A DNA stretch of 64,000 nt from Mobula hypostoma. Lineage: Eukaryota. Made by a program: the position numbers and the translations under genes. This document shows, piece by piece, positions 1 through 14,573 of the stretch. Each line of letters opens with the position of its first letter. Position 1 is the stretch's first letter. The DNA lies in assembly GCF_963921235.1 (NCBI RefSeq), contig NC_086108.1:100876001-100940000 (forward strand). The letters run 5' to 3'. The notes under the pieces were generated by a model that ran no database searches, was not told the DNA's origin, and worked only from the letters and a program-made list of their open reading frames with translations.

Positions 1-3000
1 CATGGAGTACAAGGGAAACAAGGTCTTGATCTTCCTGGACTATACCAGTGAGGTGATGACTCAACATCGTGCCTCTCAGGAGGTACTGCAAACTCTGCGT
101 GATGGAGGAATCAAGCACACTCTGTGATACCTGGCTAGGCTCTATATTTATCATCAAGACGGAGGAGCGCCTATAGTTTACAATGACCAGAAGGAAGCAG
201 CATGGTTCTTGGAAAGGAATAACGCATGCAAAGGGGAGTAGATATACTGACACTGTTTATTCAGCTTATACTTGTGCGGTTTACATGTTGGGATAAAGGG
301 AGGGACCTGTTTGCTATATGTAGTTTTACAATGCTGTATGCCGCACTGGGATTTAATTGCAGAGAATGTTTTAAATATGTCTGTTATTATAATAGTTAAT
401 TTTGAGATTGTGTCATGAATGCCCAGCTTCAGGTGCTGACACTGGATAACTCTCCCTAGCCCTAATAGCATTTTTGCGTTATAAATTTTCTCAGAGAGGG
501 GGTTTGTGATAATTTTGTAATGTTAGTTACCTGCCCAGCAGCTCCTTTTCGGATGGAAATGGGGAACTATGTGTCTGCTTCAGGGAGACACGAAGGGGGG
601 TGGGTTAGGGTGTGTGTTGTTCTTATTTATGGCTCAGACATTTTTTTTGTATGTTGTTTTTATGAGGCTGCCAGCCATTCTGCACTGTTTACTATGATTG
701 TGCTCAACTGTAATAAATCTCTTTTTTTATTCTCATGAGCAGAGGTCTCATGGTAGAACGCAGTTGGGGAGCAAAGATATTACAATAGTCTCGTTGAATG
801 TTAAGCAGCTTGGTCACGTTGCTAAGAGGGACAAAGTTTTTAGACTTCTCAAATCTCTTTCTGCAGATGTGATTTTTCTACAGGAAACCCATATCAAAGT
901 AACTGAGCAATGCAGATTGAGGTTTAGCTGGATATCGCAGGCTTACCAGTCACCATTTACTTCTCATGCCCGTGGCGTGGCTATCCTTTTCAGGAAAAAT
1001 ATTCCATTTCAACTCACTTTAATGACCACGGATCCTTTTGGCAGGTATATCATGGCTTCCGGCACCATTAACTTATTTCAGTTAACCTTCCTTAATATTT
1101 ACGGTCCAAACTCAGATGAACCAAATTTTTTTAGGAAAGTTTTTGATTTACTTCTGGATGCCAGTAATTCAAATATAATAAGCGGCGGTGATTTGAATTG
1201 CTACCTAGATTCATATTTTTATAGATTGTCCTCCCACCTGCCCTCAAATATCGTGTCAGTGCAGGTCCTAAACAATTTGATTAAATCTAGGAATTTAGTA
1301 GATACCTGGTGAGTTCAACATCCCACCGACAAGGACTATTCTTATTATTCTCATGTTCACAAATCCTATCATAGAATAGACTATTTTTTGGTTGATTTTC
1401 ATTTAATTTTTCTAGTTACCAATACAAAATATCATAATATTAATCTCTGACCATAGCCCCTTGACAATGTCTCCAAATCTCTCCCTTCCCAAACGAATCT
1501 ATTCCTGGTGTTTTAATCCTTCCCTACTCACTGATAAGAAATTTATAGAAAACATCACCACTAGATTAAAAGATTTTATAGAAATTAACGATAATGGCGA
1601 GGTGTCAGATTCTACACTCTGGGAGACATTAAAAGTTGTAATTCATGGGTATATAATTTCATATGAATCCGCTGTTAAGAGGGAGAGAGAGGGCCGATTA
1701 TTAGAGATTGAGAACACTCTCCCAACCCTCGAAGCGACATACCAGGCCTCGAAATCCTCTGAAGACAATAAGATAATGAAGCTTAAATATGAGTACAATT
1801 GCATTCTGGGTAGTCAAATAAATAACCTCCTCTTAAAATTAAGAGAAAAGCATTTCGAAATGGGGGACAAGCCTGGGGGGCTCCTGGCGCGGCAGCTTAG
1901 GGGCGCCCAGGCCTCAAGGTCAATTCATTGCATTAGATCGAGGGTGGGCACACTGTTAACCAACCCCAAGGAGGTAAATGACTGTTTTAAAGAATTTTAC
2001 AGTGAACTCTACACTTTTAAATGCGATGCCACTCAATCTGATTTGAATGACTTCTTTAACTCTCTTGTAATGCCGAAACTTAGTGATGCTGCTAGGGAGG
2101 ACTTAGATTCTGACTTCACATTGGAAGAAATAATTTCTGCCATTAAGTCATTTCCGTCTGGCAAGGCAGCTGGGCCAGATGGATTTGGCTGCGAATTTTA
2201 TAAGAAATTTTGTGATATCCTTGCCCCACTCCTTCTCAGAATGATATCTTGCTCTAAGAGAGACAAAAGCCTTGCCTAAAACATTGTACAAGGCTAACAT
2301 TTCCCTCATTCTAAAGAACGGTAAAGAGGAAACGGACCCGGCCAGCTATAGGCCCATTGCACTCCAGAACTTCGATAGAAAGGTAGATCACTAAAATGCT
2401 GGCTAACTGGCTAAATAAGCATTTGTCATCTATCATTCATTCTGATCAGACAGGATTCATCCCGGGCAGGTTTTCTTTTTCCAATGTTAGATGCCTCCTT
2501 AATACTATGTATGCTGACCATGGGAAAGCTAGTGGGGCAACAATTTTATCCCTTGATGCACAGAAAGCTTTTGACCAGATTGAGTGGCCTTACATGTTCG
2601 AGTCACTGTACAGGTTTGGGTTTGGCAAGTCATTTATATCGTGAGTCATTTATACGCCAGCCCAGTGTGTTCTGTTATAACCAATGATGACAATTCAACT
2701 ACGTTTCCTCTACACCGTTCAGTTCAGCAGGGTTGTCCTCTCTTGCCGGCCCTCTTTGCTGTCGCAGTAGAGCCCTTTGCCCTAAAAATAAGAAGTCACC
2801 CAAATATTGTGGGTTTTAAAGTGGGAGGTATTGAAACACTTATTAGTTTATATGCCGATGTGATACTGTACTTACAAAACCCAGAAAATTCAGTCCCCCT
2901 TCTTCTAGATTTAATCACTTCTTTTGGCAGGCTATCGGGATACTCAATCAATTGGACAAAAAGTGACTTTATGCCCCTCTCCAACGTCTATATGCTGGAT

Positions 3001-4715
3001 TTTTTGGAAAGTGTCCCGTTTAAAGTAGTTAAAGATCACTTCACTTATCTTGGTTTGGCAATACCCAAAGATCCTAAATTAACATTTAAATTAAACTTTG
3101 CGGAGTTTATTTCAAAACTTAAACAGAATATAGAAAGTTGGAAAACCCTACCTCTGTCCATGATTGGTCAATTAAAATAGTTTCCCTTCCTAGGTTTCTC
3201 TATCTTTGTCAAAATCTCCCCATTTTTCTTACATCAGCCTTCTTTAAAGAGTTGGACTCCATAATTTTGTTTTACATCTGGAATCACAGGATTTCAAAAA
3301 TTCTTTACAAAAGCCCAAGTCTGAAGGAGGGCTGGGATTACCTGTATTTAACCACTATTATTGGGCTGTCAATGCTAGGGCTTTAATGTTTTGGCAACAG
3401 GGGGCTCTGGATAACTTAGTCCCTGGGGCCCCCTTGTGGCTATGTATGGAGTCTAACTCTGTTGTCAATTCCTCCTTACCAGCCATGCTGTTCTCTAAGT
3501 TAGAAAAACCTGGGATTTCAAAAAGTTTAAGTTTTGTTTTGAAAAATTCCGTCAGAATTCTAAATCAGATAAGGAGTGTTCTGAATTTACCAGAGACCTC
3601 TGTACAAACACCAATCTGTTTCAATCTCTCCTTTCTACCTTCATGGTCAGATGAAAACTACCATGCTTGGAGGGAGAAGGGTCTAGTTTCTATCGAAGAC
3701 CTGTACATAGAGGGACAGTTTGCAACATTTAGTCTGCTGAAAGAGAAATTTGAGCTGTCTCAATCGCAATTTTTCATTACTTACAAATTACACACTACAT
3801 TCAATCTAAGATTTGTAATTTTGAAATCCTTCCAGGGAAGCATATATTTTTTGATATCTTAAAGAACCCTCCTGACTCCAAGCATCTCCTTTCTAAATTT
3901 GTATGCTTGTTCGATAGTTGTACTGTGAAGACCAGGGAGGCCTGGAGAGAGGAATTGGGCATTGAACTATCTGAAGCTGCCTGGGACAAGAGTTTGTCTA
4001 TGATACAAGCTTGCTCTGTTAACAGCAGACACCAAATGACTCAGTTTAAAGTTGTCCACTGTCTTCACTATTCCAAATTCAGGTTGCACAGGATTTACCC
4101 TTCTGTCTCGCCAATGTGTGATAGATGCCAAGGGACGGAGGGCACGTTGTCACACACCTTTTAGTTTTGCCCTTCATTGACTGGATTTTGGTCCAAAATA
4201 TTTGACTGATACTCAAAGGCCTATAAAAGATCCTTCCCCTTGGAAGCTGGTCTCGCCATCTTTGGCTGTCACAATCCACTCTATGTTTCCCTACAGCCAT
4301 ACAACAGTCTCTGATGCTGGGGATGACTGTCGCCAAAAGACTTATCTTAAGGGAATGGAAATCACCCTCTCCCGCTTCTTTTCGGAGATGGATGGCTGAC
4401 ATGATCTCAGACATACAGATGGAGAGACTTAGGTTCTTGAGAACCAATTCAATTATAAAATTTTTGGCTATCTGGGATCTATTTCTTGCCTACCTGGACA
4501 AGGTCGGGGGCAGATGAATAATTTCCCCCCAGCTGATTTCTCACAGCCCTCATTTGAGACTTAATGTTTAGCACTTTTGAGCACTTTGTACAATAGGCAT
4601 CCCCCTAATGTTATGTCCCTTTTTTCTCTTATTTTATTGTTACACATGTCTGAGCTTATATGTTCTTGTTGATTTCATTATTTTCAAAAAACAATGTATT
4701 TAAAAAAAAAGAAAA
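1..4715 (+). mobile_element. Degraded L1-clade non-LTR retrotransposon (end of ORF1, spacer, frameshifted ORF2, 3' UTR, A tail); 5' part outside window
   Basis: ORF1 C-terminus at 1-240 (IFLDYTSEV...YLARL); APE motifs FLQETH and GGDLN (698-1312); RT motifs GPDGF, QGCPLLP, YADV; C-terminal CDRC..H; A-rich tail ~4701-4715; many stops and frameshifts. Confidence 0.9.
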
Positions 4716-6912
4716 GCATTTAATTGGAGTAAGGGGAATTATGAGGCTATCAGGCAGAAAATTGGAGGCTTAAATTGGAAACAGATGTTCTCAGGGAAAG
4801 TACGAAAGAAATGTGGCAAATATTCAGGGGATATTTGTGTGAGGTTCTGCATTGGTACGTTCCAATGAGATAGGGAAGTTATGGTAGGGTACAAGAACCG
4901 TGGTGTACGAAGGCTGTAATAAATCTAGTCAAGAAGAAAAGAAAAGCTTACAAAAGGTTCAGAGAGCTAGGTAATGTTAGAGATCTAGAAGATTATAAGG
5001 CTAATAGGAAAGAGATTAAGAAGGAAATTAGGAGACCCAGAGGGGGCCATGATTGGTGGGCAGGATTAGGGAAAACCCCAAGGCATTCTACAAGTATGTG
5101 AAGACCAAGAGGATAAGACGTGAAAGAATAGGACCCATCAAGTGTGACAATGGGAAAGTGTGAATGGAGCCGGAGGAAATAGCAGGGGTATTTAATGAAT
5201 ACTTTACTTCAGTATTCACTATGGAAAAGGATCTTGGTGATTGTAGTGATGACTTGCAGCAGACTGAAAAGCTTGACCATGTAGATATTAAGAAAGAACA
5301 TGTGCTGAAGCTTTTGGAAAGCATCAAGTCGGATAAGTCACTGGAACTGGACGAGATGTACCCCAGGCTACTATGGGAGGTGAGGGAGGAGATTGCTGAG
5401 CCTCTGGCGATGATCTTTACATCATCAATGGGGACGGGAGAGGTTCTGGCGGATTGGAGGGTTGCGGATGTTGTTCCTTTATTCAAGAAAGTGAGTAGAG
5501 ATAGCCCAGGAAATTATAGACCAGTGAGTCTTACCTCAGTGGTTGGTAAGCTGATGGAGGAATCTTGCCTCTCAGGATCTTATGAACATTTGGAGAGGTA
5601 TAATATGATTAGGAGTAGTCAGCATGGATTTGTCAAGGGCAGGTTGTGCCTTACCAGCCTGATTGAATTTTTTGAGGATGTGACTAAACACATTGATGAA
5701 GGAAGAGCAGTAGATGTAGTGTATACGGATTTCAGCAAGGCATTTGATAAGGTACCTCGTACAAGGCTTATTGAGAAAGTAAGGAGGCTTGGGATCCGAG
5801 GGGACATTGCTTTGTGGATCCAGAACTAGCTTGCCTACAGAAGGCAAAGGGTGGTTGTAGATGGGTCATATTCTGCATGGAGGTCAGTCACCAGTGGAGT
5901 GCCTCAGGGATCTGTTTTGGGACCCTTACTCTTTGTGATTTTTATAAATGACCTGGATGAGGAAGTGGAGGGATGGGTTAGTAAGTTTGCTGATAACACA
6001 AAGGTTGGAGGTGTTGTGGATAGTGTGGAGGGCTGTCAGAGGTTACAGCGGGACATCAATAGGATGCACAACTTGGCTGAGAAGTGGCAGATGGAGTTCA
6101 ACCCAGAAAAGCGTGAAGTGGTTCATTTTGGTAGGTCAAATATGTTGGCAGAATATAGTATTAATGTTAAGACTCTTGGGAGTGTGGAGGATCAGAGGGA
6201 TCTTGGGGTCTGAGTCCATAGGACCCTCAAATCTGCTACACAGGTTGACTCTGTGGTTAAGCAGATGTACAGTGTATTGGCCTTCACCAATCGTGGAATT
6301 GAATTTAGGAGGCCGAGGGGTAATGTTGCAGCTATATAGGACTCTGGTCAGACCCCACTTGGAGTACTGTGCTCAGTTCTGGTCGCCTCACTACAGGAAG
6401 GACGTGGAAACCATAGACAGGGTGCAGAGGAGATTTACAAGGATGTTGCCTGGATTGGAGAGCATGCCTTATGAGAATAGGTTGAGTAAACTCGGCCTTT
6501 TCTCCTTGGAGCGATGGAGGATGAGAGGTGACCTGATAGAGGTGTATAAGATGATGAGAGTCATTGATCATGTGGATAGTCAGAGGCTTTTTCCCAGGGC
6601 TGAAATGGTTGCCACAAGAGGACTCAGGTTTAAGGTGCTGGCGAGTAGGTGCAGAGGAGATGTCAGGGGTAAGTTTGTTTGTTTGTTTTTTTTTTAAAAA
6701 CGCAGAGAGTGGCGAGTGTGTGGAATGGGCTGCCAGCAACGGTGGTGGAGGCGGATACGATAGGGTCTTTTAAGAGACTTTTAGATGGGTACATGGAGCT
6801 TAGTAAAAGAGGGCTATAGGTAAGCCTAGTAATTTCTAAGGTAGGGACATGTTCGGCACAACTCTGTGGGCCGAACGGCCTGTATTATGCTGTATGTTTT
6901 CTACGTTTCTAA
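4716..6912 (+). mobile_element. CR1 LINE, 5'-truncated ORF2 plus 3' UTR
   Basis: NYRPVSLTSVVGK, DFSKAFDKV, SGVPQGSVLGP, FADN (mutated FADD), RPHLEYCAQFWSP, RGDLIEVYK; tail tgtatgttttctacgtttcta. Confidence 0.92.
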
Positions 6913-7744
6913 GCTAGTAGCTATGGGGAATGAACTGGCCAGAAGAAGTGGTTGCAGGAGATACTATAATAACCTTTAAAGCAGTTGGACAGGTACATGA
7001 TTAGAAAGGTTTAGAAGGTTATGGACCAAACTCTAGTAAGTGAGACTTGCTTGGATGGGGCACCTTGGTTGGCGTAGACCAATTAGGCTGAAGAGCCTAT
7101 TTCAGTGCTGCACAACTCTACGACTCTATACAACACAAAACATTAATAAAACATCATTGCCTTGGATTATAAAATGCTAATGGACATCACCCAGGGCATG
7201 TTAATTATTAAATAGAAAAAAAAGTGATATGGAACTTTATTCTCATTCCATTCCTCATCAAGGTGGCTGTTCCAAGGCACTTTACAGACCATTATTTTTC
7301 AGGGGAGTTAAAAAAAAGCAATCAGTTGATATGCAGCAATGTACAAAAATCATAAGGTGCATACAAACATTCTTAAAATTACTGTATTCCTCTGAGACAC
7401 TACATAATGGGAAAAAGCTCCCAATCTAAATCCAAATTACCTTCCAAGCTGCTTTTGTAAATCAACCATATACTGATAGCATTGTGCATAGTAGGTCACC
7501 TGGGCATCAACATAGTCATTCAAACAGCGAAGGTGATGTGTCTATGCAAGAATAGGAACAAGAAGTGATAGTTAATTTTAGAACCAATGACATGAACTAG
7601 AGCCAAGAGTGTTTGAGCTATATGAAGGCAAAACAGTACACATAAATACATGAGCAGTATTTTCACTAGAGCTTGTTAACAGACAACAATTGGATTGAGA
7701 TCAAAGCCTGAGTAAGTTAAGTGACAAGGGCAAAGGAAACTTAC

Positions 7745-7834
7745 ATGTGTACTGCCGATTCCTTCAAGCAGAAGTCTTGTGATCTCCGCTTGTCGGTCAA
7801 ACTCACTCTGTGTAATCCGGACATCCTGCTCAGC
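7745..7834 (-). CDS. SH3GLB1: Endophilin-B1 constitutive exon (exon 8 counting the neural exons): AEQDVRITQSEFDRQAEITRLLLEGIGSTH
   Basis: 90 bp, ACACAG|GCT...CAT|GTAAGT, phase 0/0; near-identical to the recalled human SEQELRITQSEFDRQAEITRLLLEGISSTH. Confidence 0.95.
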
Positions 7835-7989
7835 CTGTGTAGGAGAGTTCCTTTTTAATTGAAAACTGGACAAAAATCTGCTTGCTAGTAAACAATTTAG
7901 TCACAATGCAGGGAAAACCCAATCACAAATGCAAGGATATGGTTGTTGGACAATTTACTTCCTCATGAAAATACATATAATTACATACA

Positions 7990-9960
7990 CAGAGCACAGG
8001 TTCTTCGGCCCACCTAATCCATGCCAAACTATTTAATTTACCTACCACCGTCGGCCTGCACTGAGACACAGCCATCCATACCATTACCATCCATGTAACT
8101 ATTGAAACTTCTCTTAAATATTGAAATCTATCTCACATGCACTACTTGTGCTGGCAACTCGTTCCACACTCACGGCCATCTGTGTGAAGTTTCCCTCATT
8201 TTTCACCTTTCTTCCTTAACCCATGACCTCTAGTTGTAGTTACACCCAACTTCAATGGAAAAAACTTGCTTGCATTTACCCTATCTATATCCCTCATAAT
8301 TTTGTATACCTCTATCAAATCTCCTCTCATTGTTCTATGCTCCAAGGAATAATTATAACTCAGTTCCTCCACAGACCCGGCAAAATCCTTGTAAACTTTA
8401 TCTGTACTCTTTCAACCTTACTTACACCTTTCCTGTTGGTCAATAATCAAAACTGCACAATACTCCAAATTAGGCCTCACCAACGCCTTATACAACTTTG
8501 GCATAACACCCCATCTCCTGTACTCAATACATCAGATCTCCGGTACCAAAAGCTTTCTTTATGGCCCTATCAACCTGTGGCCTGCATTTCCATATCGCTT
8601 TGATCTATCACATTCCTCAGTGCCCTACCATTCACTGTGTAAGACCTACCCTGGTTGATCCTACCAAAGTGCCACACCTTGCATTTATCTGCATTAAACT
8701 CCATCTGCCATTTTTTTGTCCCTTTTTTCCAGCTGGTCCAGATCCTTCTGCGAGTCATGATGGCCTTCCTCAACGTGCACTACACCCCCATTCTTGGTGC
8801 CATCCACAAACTTACTGATCCAGTTAACCGCATTATCATCCAGATCATTGATGTAGATGACAAACAACAACGTACCCAGCACTGATCCCTGCGGCACATC
8901 ACCATTCAGAGGCTTCTAGTCAGAGAGGCAACTCTCTTCTACCACTCTCTGGCATCTCCCACAAAGCCAATGTCTAATCCAATTTACTACCTCATCCTGA
9001 ATGCTGAGCCACTGAACCTTCTTGACCAGCCTCCCATGTGGGACCTAGTCAAGTGCCTTGCTGAAGTCCACGTAGACAACATTCACTGCCTTGCCTTTAT
9101 CCCCCTTTTCTGGTAACTTCCTCCAAAAACACCAAGATTAGTTAGACATGACCCAGCATGCATGAAGCCTTGCTGACTATCCTCAATCAGTCCAATATCT
9201 CTCCAAATACTCATATATCCTTTAGAATACCTCCTAATAACTTTCCAACTACTAATGTCAGGGTCAGAGGCCTATAATTTCCTGCCAGTGTCTCCGCCCA
9301 AAACGTCAACTGTACTTTTTTTTCCCCCCATAAGTGCTGCCTGGCCTGCTGAGTTCCTTCAGCATTTTGTGTGTGTTGTTATAATTTCTCGGTTTATTTT
9401 TAAGAGCCTTCCGTAAAACACAGAACAATATTGACTATCTCCTAATCCTCTGGTATCTCTCCTGTCACTAAGGATGATTTAAGGCTCTCTGCTTGGGTCA
9501 TGGCAATTTCTGCATTTGCCTCCCACTGGTTCACAGGGAACACCTTGTCTGGCCCTGGGGATTTACCCACCCTAACTTGCTTCAGGAGAGCAAACACCTC
9601 CTCTGTGATCTATACAGGGTCCATGAAGTTGATGCTGCTTTGCCTCACTCCTATTTACTCTGCGTCCATCCCTGAGTAAATCCAGACACATGCAAACTTC
9701 GTACTCTCAAAAAAATTTCACTTTTGAAGGCCTCCCTCTTATCAAGTACACCTTTGCCATTAAACAACCTGCCCCACTCCACACTTGCCAGATCCTTTCG
9801 GATACCTTTCTCCAATTTAGAATCTCACCTGCAGACCAGACCCATCTTTTTTTGCACATTTACTTTGAAAGTAATGGCACTGTGATCACTAGGTGCAAAG
9901 TGTTCCCCTACACAAATGTCATCGGCCCTGTCTATTCAAAATACTGTTGCACATTTTACA
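7990..9960 (-). mobile_element. Degraded CR1 LINE
   Basis: Minus-strand PQGSVLGTLLFVIYINDLD and WQMEFNADKCKV; 3' UTR-like sequence near 8000. Confidence 0.85.
9282..9379 (+). repeat. Short Penelope terminal-repeat fragment inserted in CR1
   Basis: gcccaaaacgtcaact...gctgcctggcctgctgagttc...tgtgtgttg resembles the other pLTR copies; direct repeat TATAATTTC at 9273-9281 and 9380-9388. Confidence 0.65.
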
Positions 9961-10919
9961 TGCAATTTGCCTCGAGCATACAGGAAAATACTTAAATGAC
10001 TAGCATGTGTCATTAGCTTTTTCAACCCATCAGTTAACACATCTTTTGTAGTTCAGTATAGCGTAGATTTCCTTTGGATAATTATCTTTTGAAAGTTAGG
10101 AACATGAAGCGTCTCAATTAATTTTGGGATTTCCAGATTGCAAAGCTTAGAAAGCCATTGGTCTAAAATGCAGTTATTGTAGACTTTATGGAATTTCAAC
10201 TGTCAAAGACGATACTATATCTTTAAAGAGAAAAGAATTACAATGGCTGGGCCAAAGAAAATTAACAACTTGTATACCAAATAAGCTGCTTTGTGACAAC
10301 TTTCATACATACCAGTTAAAGCAAATTGTATGTGGCATGTTTGAACAGGTGAAAAGTTTGCCTGACAAAATTCACAATGAATGCATACTTTCACTTACAA
10401 ATAACACTCAATTATACTTTACCTCTTACATTTAAAAGAACAGGCAGTACAGCAACTAAGTTGAAGTAACATAATTAAATCAGATTTTACATTTGACCTG
10501 CCAAAATCCTTGTGCCATTTCCCCTTTCCTCAGTAATACCCAAACATCAAATTCTCAGCTTTATCCCTTACTAAAGTAAAGCAGCGCCACTTTCCTGCTG
10601 CAGACCAAAACTTAACGTTAAAAGAAAACTGACAGATGTTAATAAAGTTCACCTACATTGCAAGGTTGAAGAGATAACAATTTTAATAATAAAAAGGACA
10701 GTGTTGCATGATCTAAAGCCCCTTCATTCCCAGAAATATACTGTGCTGAGAAAAGTCATTTTACACAGCAGAACTTAAAACTAATATTTAAAATTGAACC
10801 TGAATTGATTCATGACCTCTGCACAAAACGTTTTCTTAGTAAAGCAATACAAATTATTTCACCCAAACGAGACAAGTTTCAACTTTATTACTACCAGGAA
10901 ACTATTTTACTTTACTTAC

Positions 10920-10943
10920 TTTTGTCACTTCCTCTGCCCAAAG
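10920..10943 (-). CDS. SH3GLB1: 24-nt alternative microexon LWAEEVTK (neural Bif-1 exon 7)
   Basis: TGCTTAACAG|CTT TGG GCA GAG GAA GTG ACA AAA|GTAAGT; frame-preserving; matches the recalled mammalian insert IWAEEVTK. Confidence 0.9.
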
Positions 10944-11429
10944 CTGTTAAGCATTTAAACAGATAAACAAAAAAAAAAATCACTATTTACAATATACTTG
11001 TGGAAATGCTTAGAAGTGATACAAAATTGATGATAAACAAGATTTTAACTATGCTTTATAATGAAATTTGTGACTGAGAAAAACATGCATGACTACAAAG
11101 ATAAAGCTATCTCAAACATAAATGCTGCACGCTCTTAATCTGAAGACTAATTGGAAACCTCAGGTTAACCTTCTAGCTTCTTTTATCTCAGACCCAAATC
11201 TTTGTTCCTTTCAGACTGATTTAAGTTCAGTGTTTGAATGATTTAAAATTCAAAAGCCACTTTCAAGAATTTTGAAAAATTAAGAACAGTGAAGTATCAG
11301 AAAAATCCTACAGTACTGGCTAAAAATATCGTTATCACATGCAAATCTCTTAGAACATGTGTACGTTATAACAGTTGTGAAGATCCATCAGGAGTCACAG
11401 ACTGATGTTACGGGCATTCTGAACAGAGG

Positions 11430-12045
11430 CTTAAAAGAAACTTAGCAGACCAATCAGCATCTGTGGTGGTAAGAAGCGTTAGTCAATGTTTTGAATCAGC
11501 TTCCTGCATCAGGGCCAAGAGGGAAAAGTAAAGGTTGCCAATATGTCATTTTAACTCTCCTTCCTACTTCCACACTGACCTGTAGGCCCTTGGCTTCTCC
11601 ATTACTACAGAACACCATTTCATATTCCACTCTGCTATCCTACAACCCAATGGTGTGGTTATTTAATTATCCAATTTCAGGGAATCTCCTCCCCCCACCC
11701 GCTGGCGAGCTCTTCCTCCCACCCCACACACTTACAAGTCCACCGAGTTTTCTTCTCCCTTTATTCATCTCTCCTCTTCCTTCCCCATACTTGGTTCTAT
11801 GTGCCCATCATCCCCTCTCCATCTAGCTCCAACTACCACAAAACCACTATCTCACCACCCCCACCCCCCAACACACACACACACACACACAAATACAGGC
11901 AACCTTTCCCATTCCCCCTAGATCTGATGCAGCATTTTGACCTGAAAATGGTGACTTGCACCTTTTGCCTCCATAAATGCTGCCTGACCCACTGGGTTGT
12001 TCCTGCAACCTTTTTTTCCTAGATTCCAGAATCTGCATTCTCTTT
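11430..12045. repeat. Old degenerate Penelope terminal repeats in inverted arrangement, with (CA)n at ~11872-11890
   Basis: Minus-oriented pLTR remnant ~11430-11520, then plus-oriented GIY-YIG end and pLTR remnant ending gattccagaatctgca. Confidence 0.55.
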
Positions 12046-14573
12046 TTTTTAAAAAAAAGCTCAAGTCAGAAGACAAAAGTTTAATTTCTGCAATTCATTG
12101 AACAATACTTCTTTCAAATGTGAATGTGAACCTGAACAATAGATTTCTTGCCCAAACCTGTGTCAGGAAAAGATGGGAACCCTGTAAGTTTTGCTGTGAG
12201 GCAGTGAATTTAAGGTCCATGCCAAATAAGGTTCCTCAGAGGGCAATGAAATGTGAGAGGCATTTTGTTGGATGTTCAGGGATGCCCAAAGGTTTGTAAA
12301 TCAGCTACAATCATTGTGTAATCAGTCCATGACCTTAAATGTGCATAAGCTTTTGAAAAAGATGACAACATTTCAAGGTTTATATGCAAGAATTTTTAAA
12401 CTCACTGTAGCAACTCTTGAAATCAAAATGAATTTCAAGTATTTTGCCTACCAACCAATAGTGGTGACTTCAGCATAGGGATGATTGGGCATGCAAAAGG
12501 ATGAAATAAAAATCAAGTACTAATTTGAAAAGCAGACCTGATGTGACACTCCTACTTTTTTGGTGCCTAAAAATTTATGAGAACATTCTTAAGAACGATG
12601 AAAATGTGAAATTTGCTTCTGAGTGAACTGGTTGAAAGACACTATCGATGCAATAAGGAAAAAGTGAACAGATAATTGGCCAGGGATGGAAGAGATGATT
12701 AAAATGGAAGCAGGGTTGAGCAACTAATATACTATAAAATCCAGTCAGTTGTTTTGCAGATACTGCACTTCAAGTATAAATGTCAGAAACATTACACCAT
12801 TGTTTACGGGTTCATGTGTGCAGTGAACATTTTCAATCACAGCAAGGCAGAGAAGTAGGTGGCAAACTGAAGTGGTAAACAGAAAATACTGGAGATACTC
12901 AGCAGGTTGAGGAACATCTGTGGGGAAAAATCTCAGGTTGATATTCATTGAAGTGGGAGTGGACTTGTGACAAGGGAAAGTTGGCCTGTAAAAACATCAT
13001 CTCCCAACATACACTTGTCTCTTGGTCAGAAAATATAAAACATAGTAGGCAAAGTAACTTTGAGAAATATGAAAGATTTGTACCAGTGGGATTACTAACA
13101 CTGAGGATATACGCATTGTGACAGTCCATGAGGTTGGGGTGAGTGAAAGTAGTTCTGTACCTGAAGTGCTACAGGATCCAGAACAATTCTGTCATAACCA
13201 CAAGAGAGGGAGAGAGCAAGGCAATTCTAATGAGGAGCAGAGAATAAAACAAGTTTAAATTTACCAGTGGATAACTTGCCAAGAAGGTTCTACTAGAGGG
13301 ATAATGTTGAAATGAGATTCCTGAATTACCATCAATAACTGTGACTGGTTTTAAATACCAAGGCTTTAAAATTTATGCATAAAAATATTGCACTGCTTGA
13401 ACTGCAGCATTTAAGTATAGCAACATCCACACTTTCACCAGCTCTTGGTCAACAGCAACACTTTCTCTCAATTCCAGTTTTAAAAAACTCCTTCAGTACA
13501 CACAAGTCAGAGGTAAAATTCATACAGAATCCCAAAGATACTGATTTAATTCTATATGGGCCTCCAATTCTGGTGGAATTTCATTTGTGAAAAAATTTTG
13601 CAGGTGTTTTAAATTAAAATTTAATGACAATGTTCAGTACTGAAAGGGTTTATAAAAAAATATAAATTTATATGTGAAGAAACAGAAATGGCATGGTATA
13701 GTATCAGTACTTCCTCTTGCTATCGAAAAGTCTTTCCTCAATAGTACTCAGGCCTACAGAACTAGCTCAAATTGAATATCATTTAAATTCCGATATTCTG
13801 GCACCCTCAGAACTTTGATGGTACTAGACTAGAAGATTTTCCATAGTGTTGAATACTATTATGTCAACAATCCTTTAACTGACTTAAAAAAAAACAATGA
13901 GATAAATCTCCTAGTGAACATGACAAACGTTAAAGACAGCATGGGAAACTGAGTCCAGTGAGTTTTGAGGAGAGTGTGGGAAACATGACCCTAATGAATT
14001 TAAAGGAATTTAAGTGAATTTAAGGGAGCACTGGAATAGGACACAATGAGCCAAATTTCCCAATAATAAGATAGTAGATTATCCAAGTTTCATTGTACTG
14101 TTATCAAGACTAAGTGGATCAATTTTAAAAAAGCAGTCCCTTCCTTCCCTCCCAAAATAGTGGTAAGCAAACATTTGGAAAATATGGTATCAGCATACTA
14201 TTTGAACAGACACACAATAAACTAAAATCTTCATTTGATTCACTCAGCATTTTACAGCAGAAATGTGCAATCCACCTGCCGAAATATTGGTGGTTTATAC
14301 AGTGGAAAAAATTGAAAACACTGAACCTGGGCAGGAAAACAAAATTCAGGTGAACTGGAGTGAAATGGGTAGAATCACACACAAGAGAAAAATCTGCAGA
14401 TGCTGGGAGATGTTTTGAAATGGGTAGAAGACCATTCAAAAATAAGAAAACATTATCCCTTTGAAATTCAGTTTACCTGAGGTAACAGAATATTGTCAAC
14501 TCAAGGTACACTCAGATGAGATAGCAAGAGTCAGCATTCAAGTATAAAGTCAAAACACACAAGGCCAACAAAC

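Noticed and set aside
1..7744. Downstream SH3GLB1 exons (AHHLRCL..., SH3 domain)
   Set aside because: Not found by reading; the region is almost all LINE sequence, so these exons presumably lie beyond the window start
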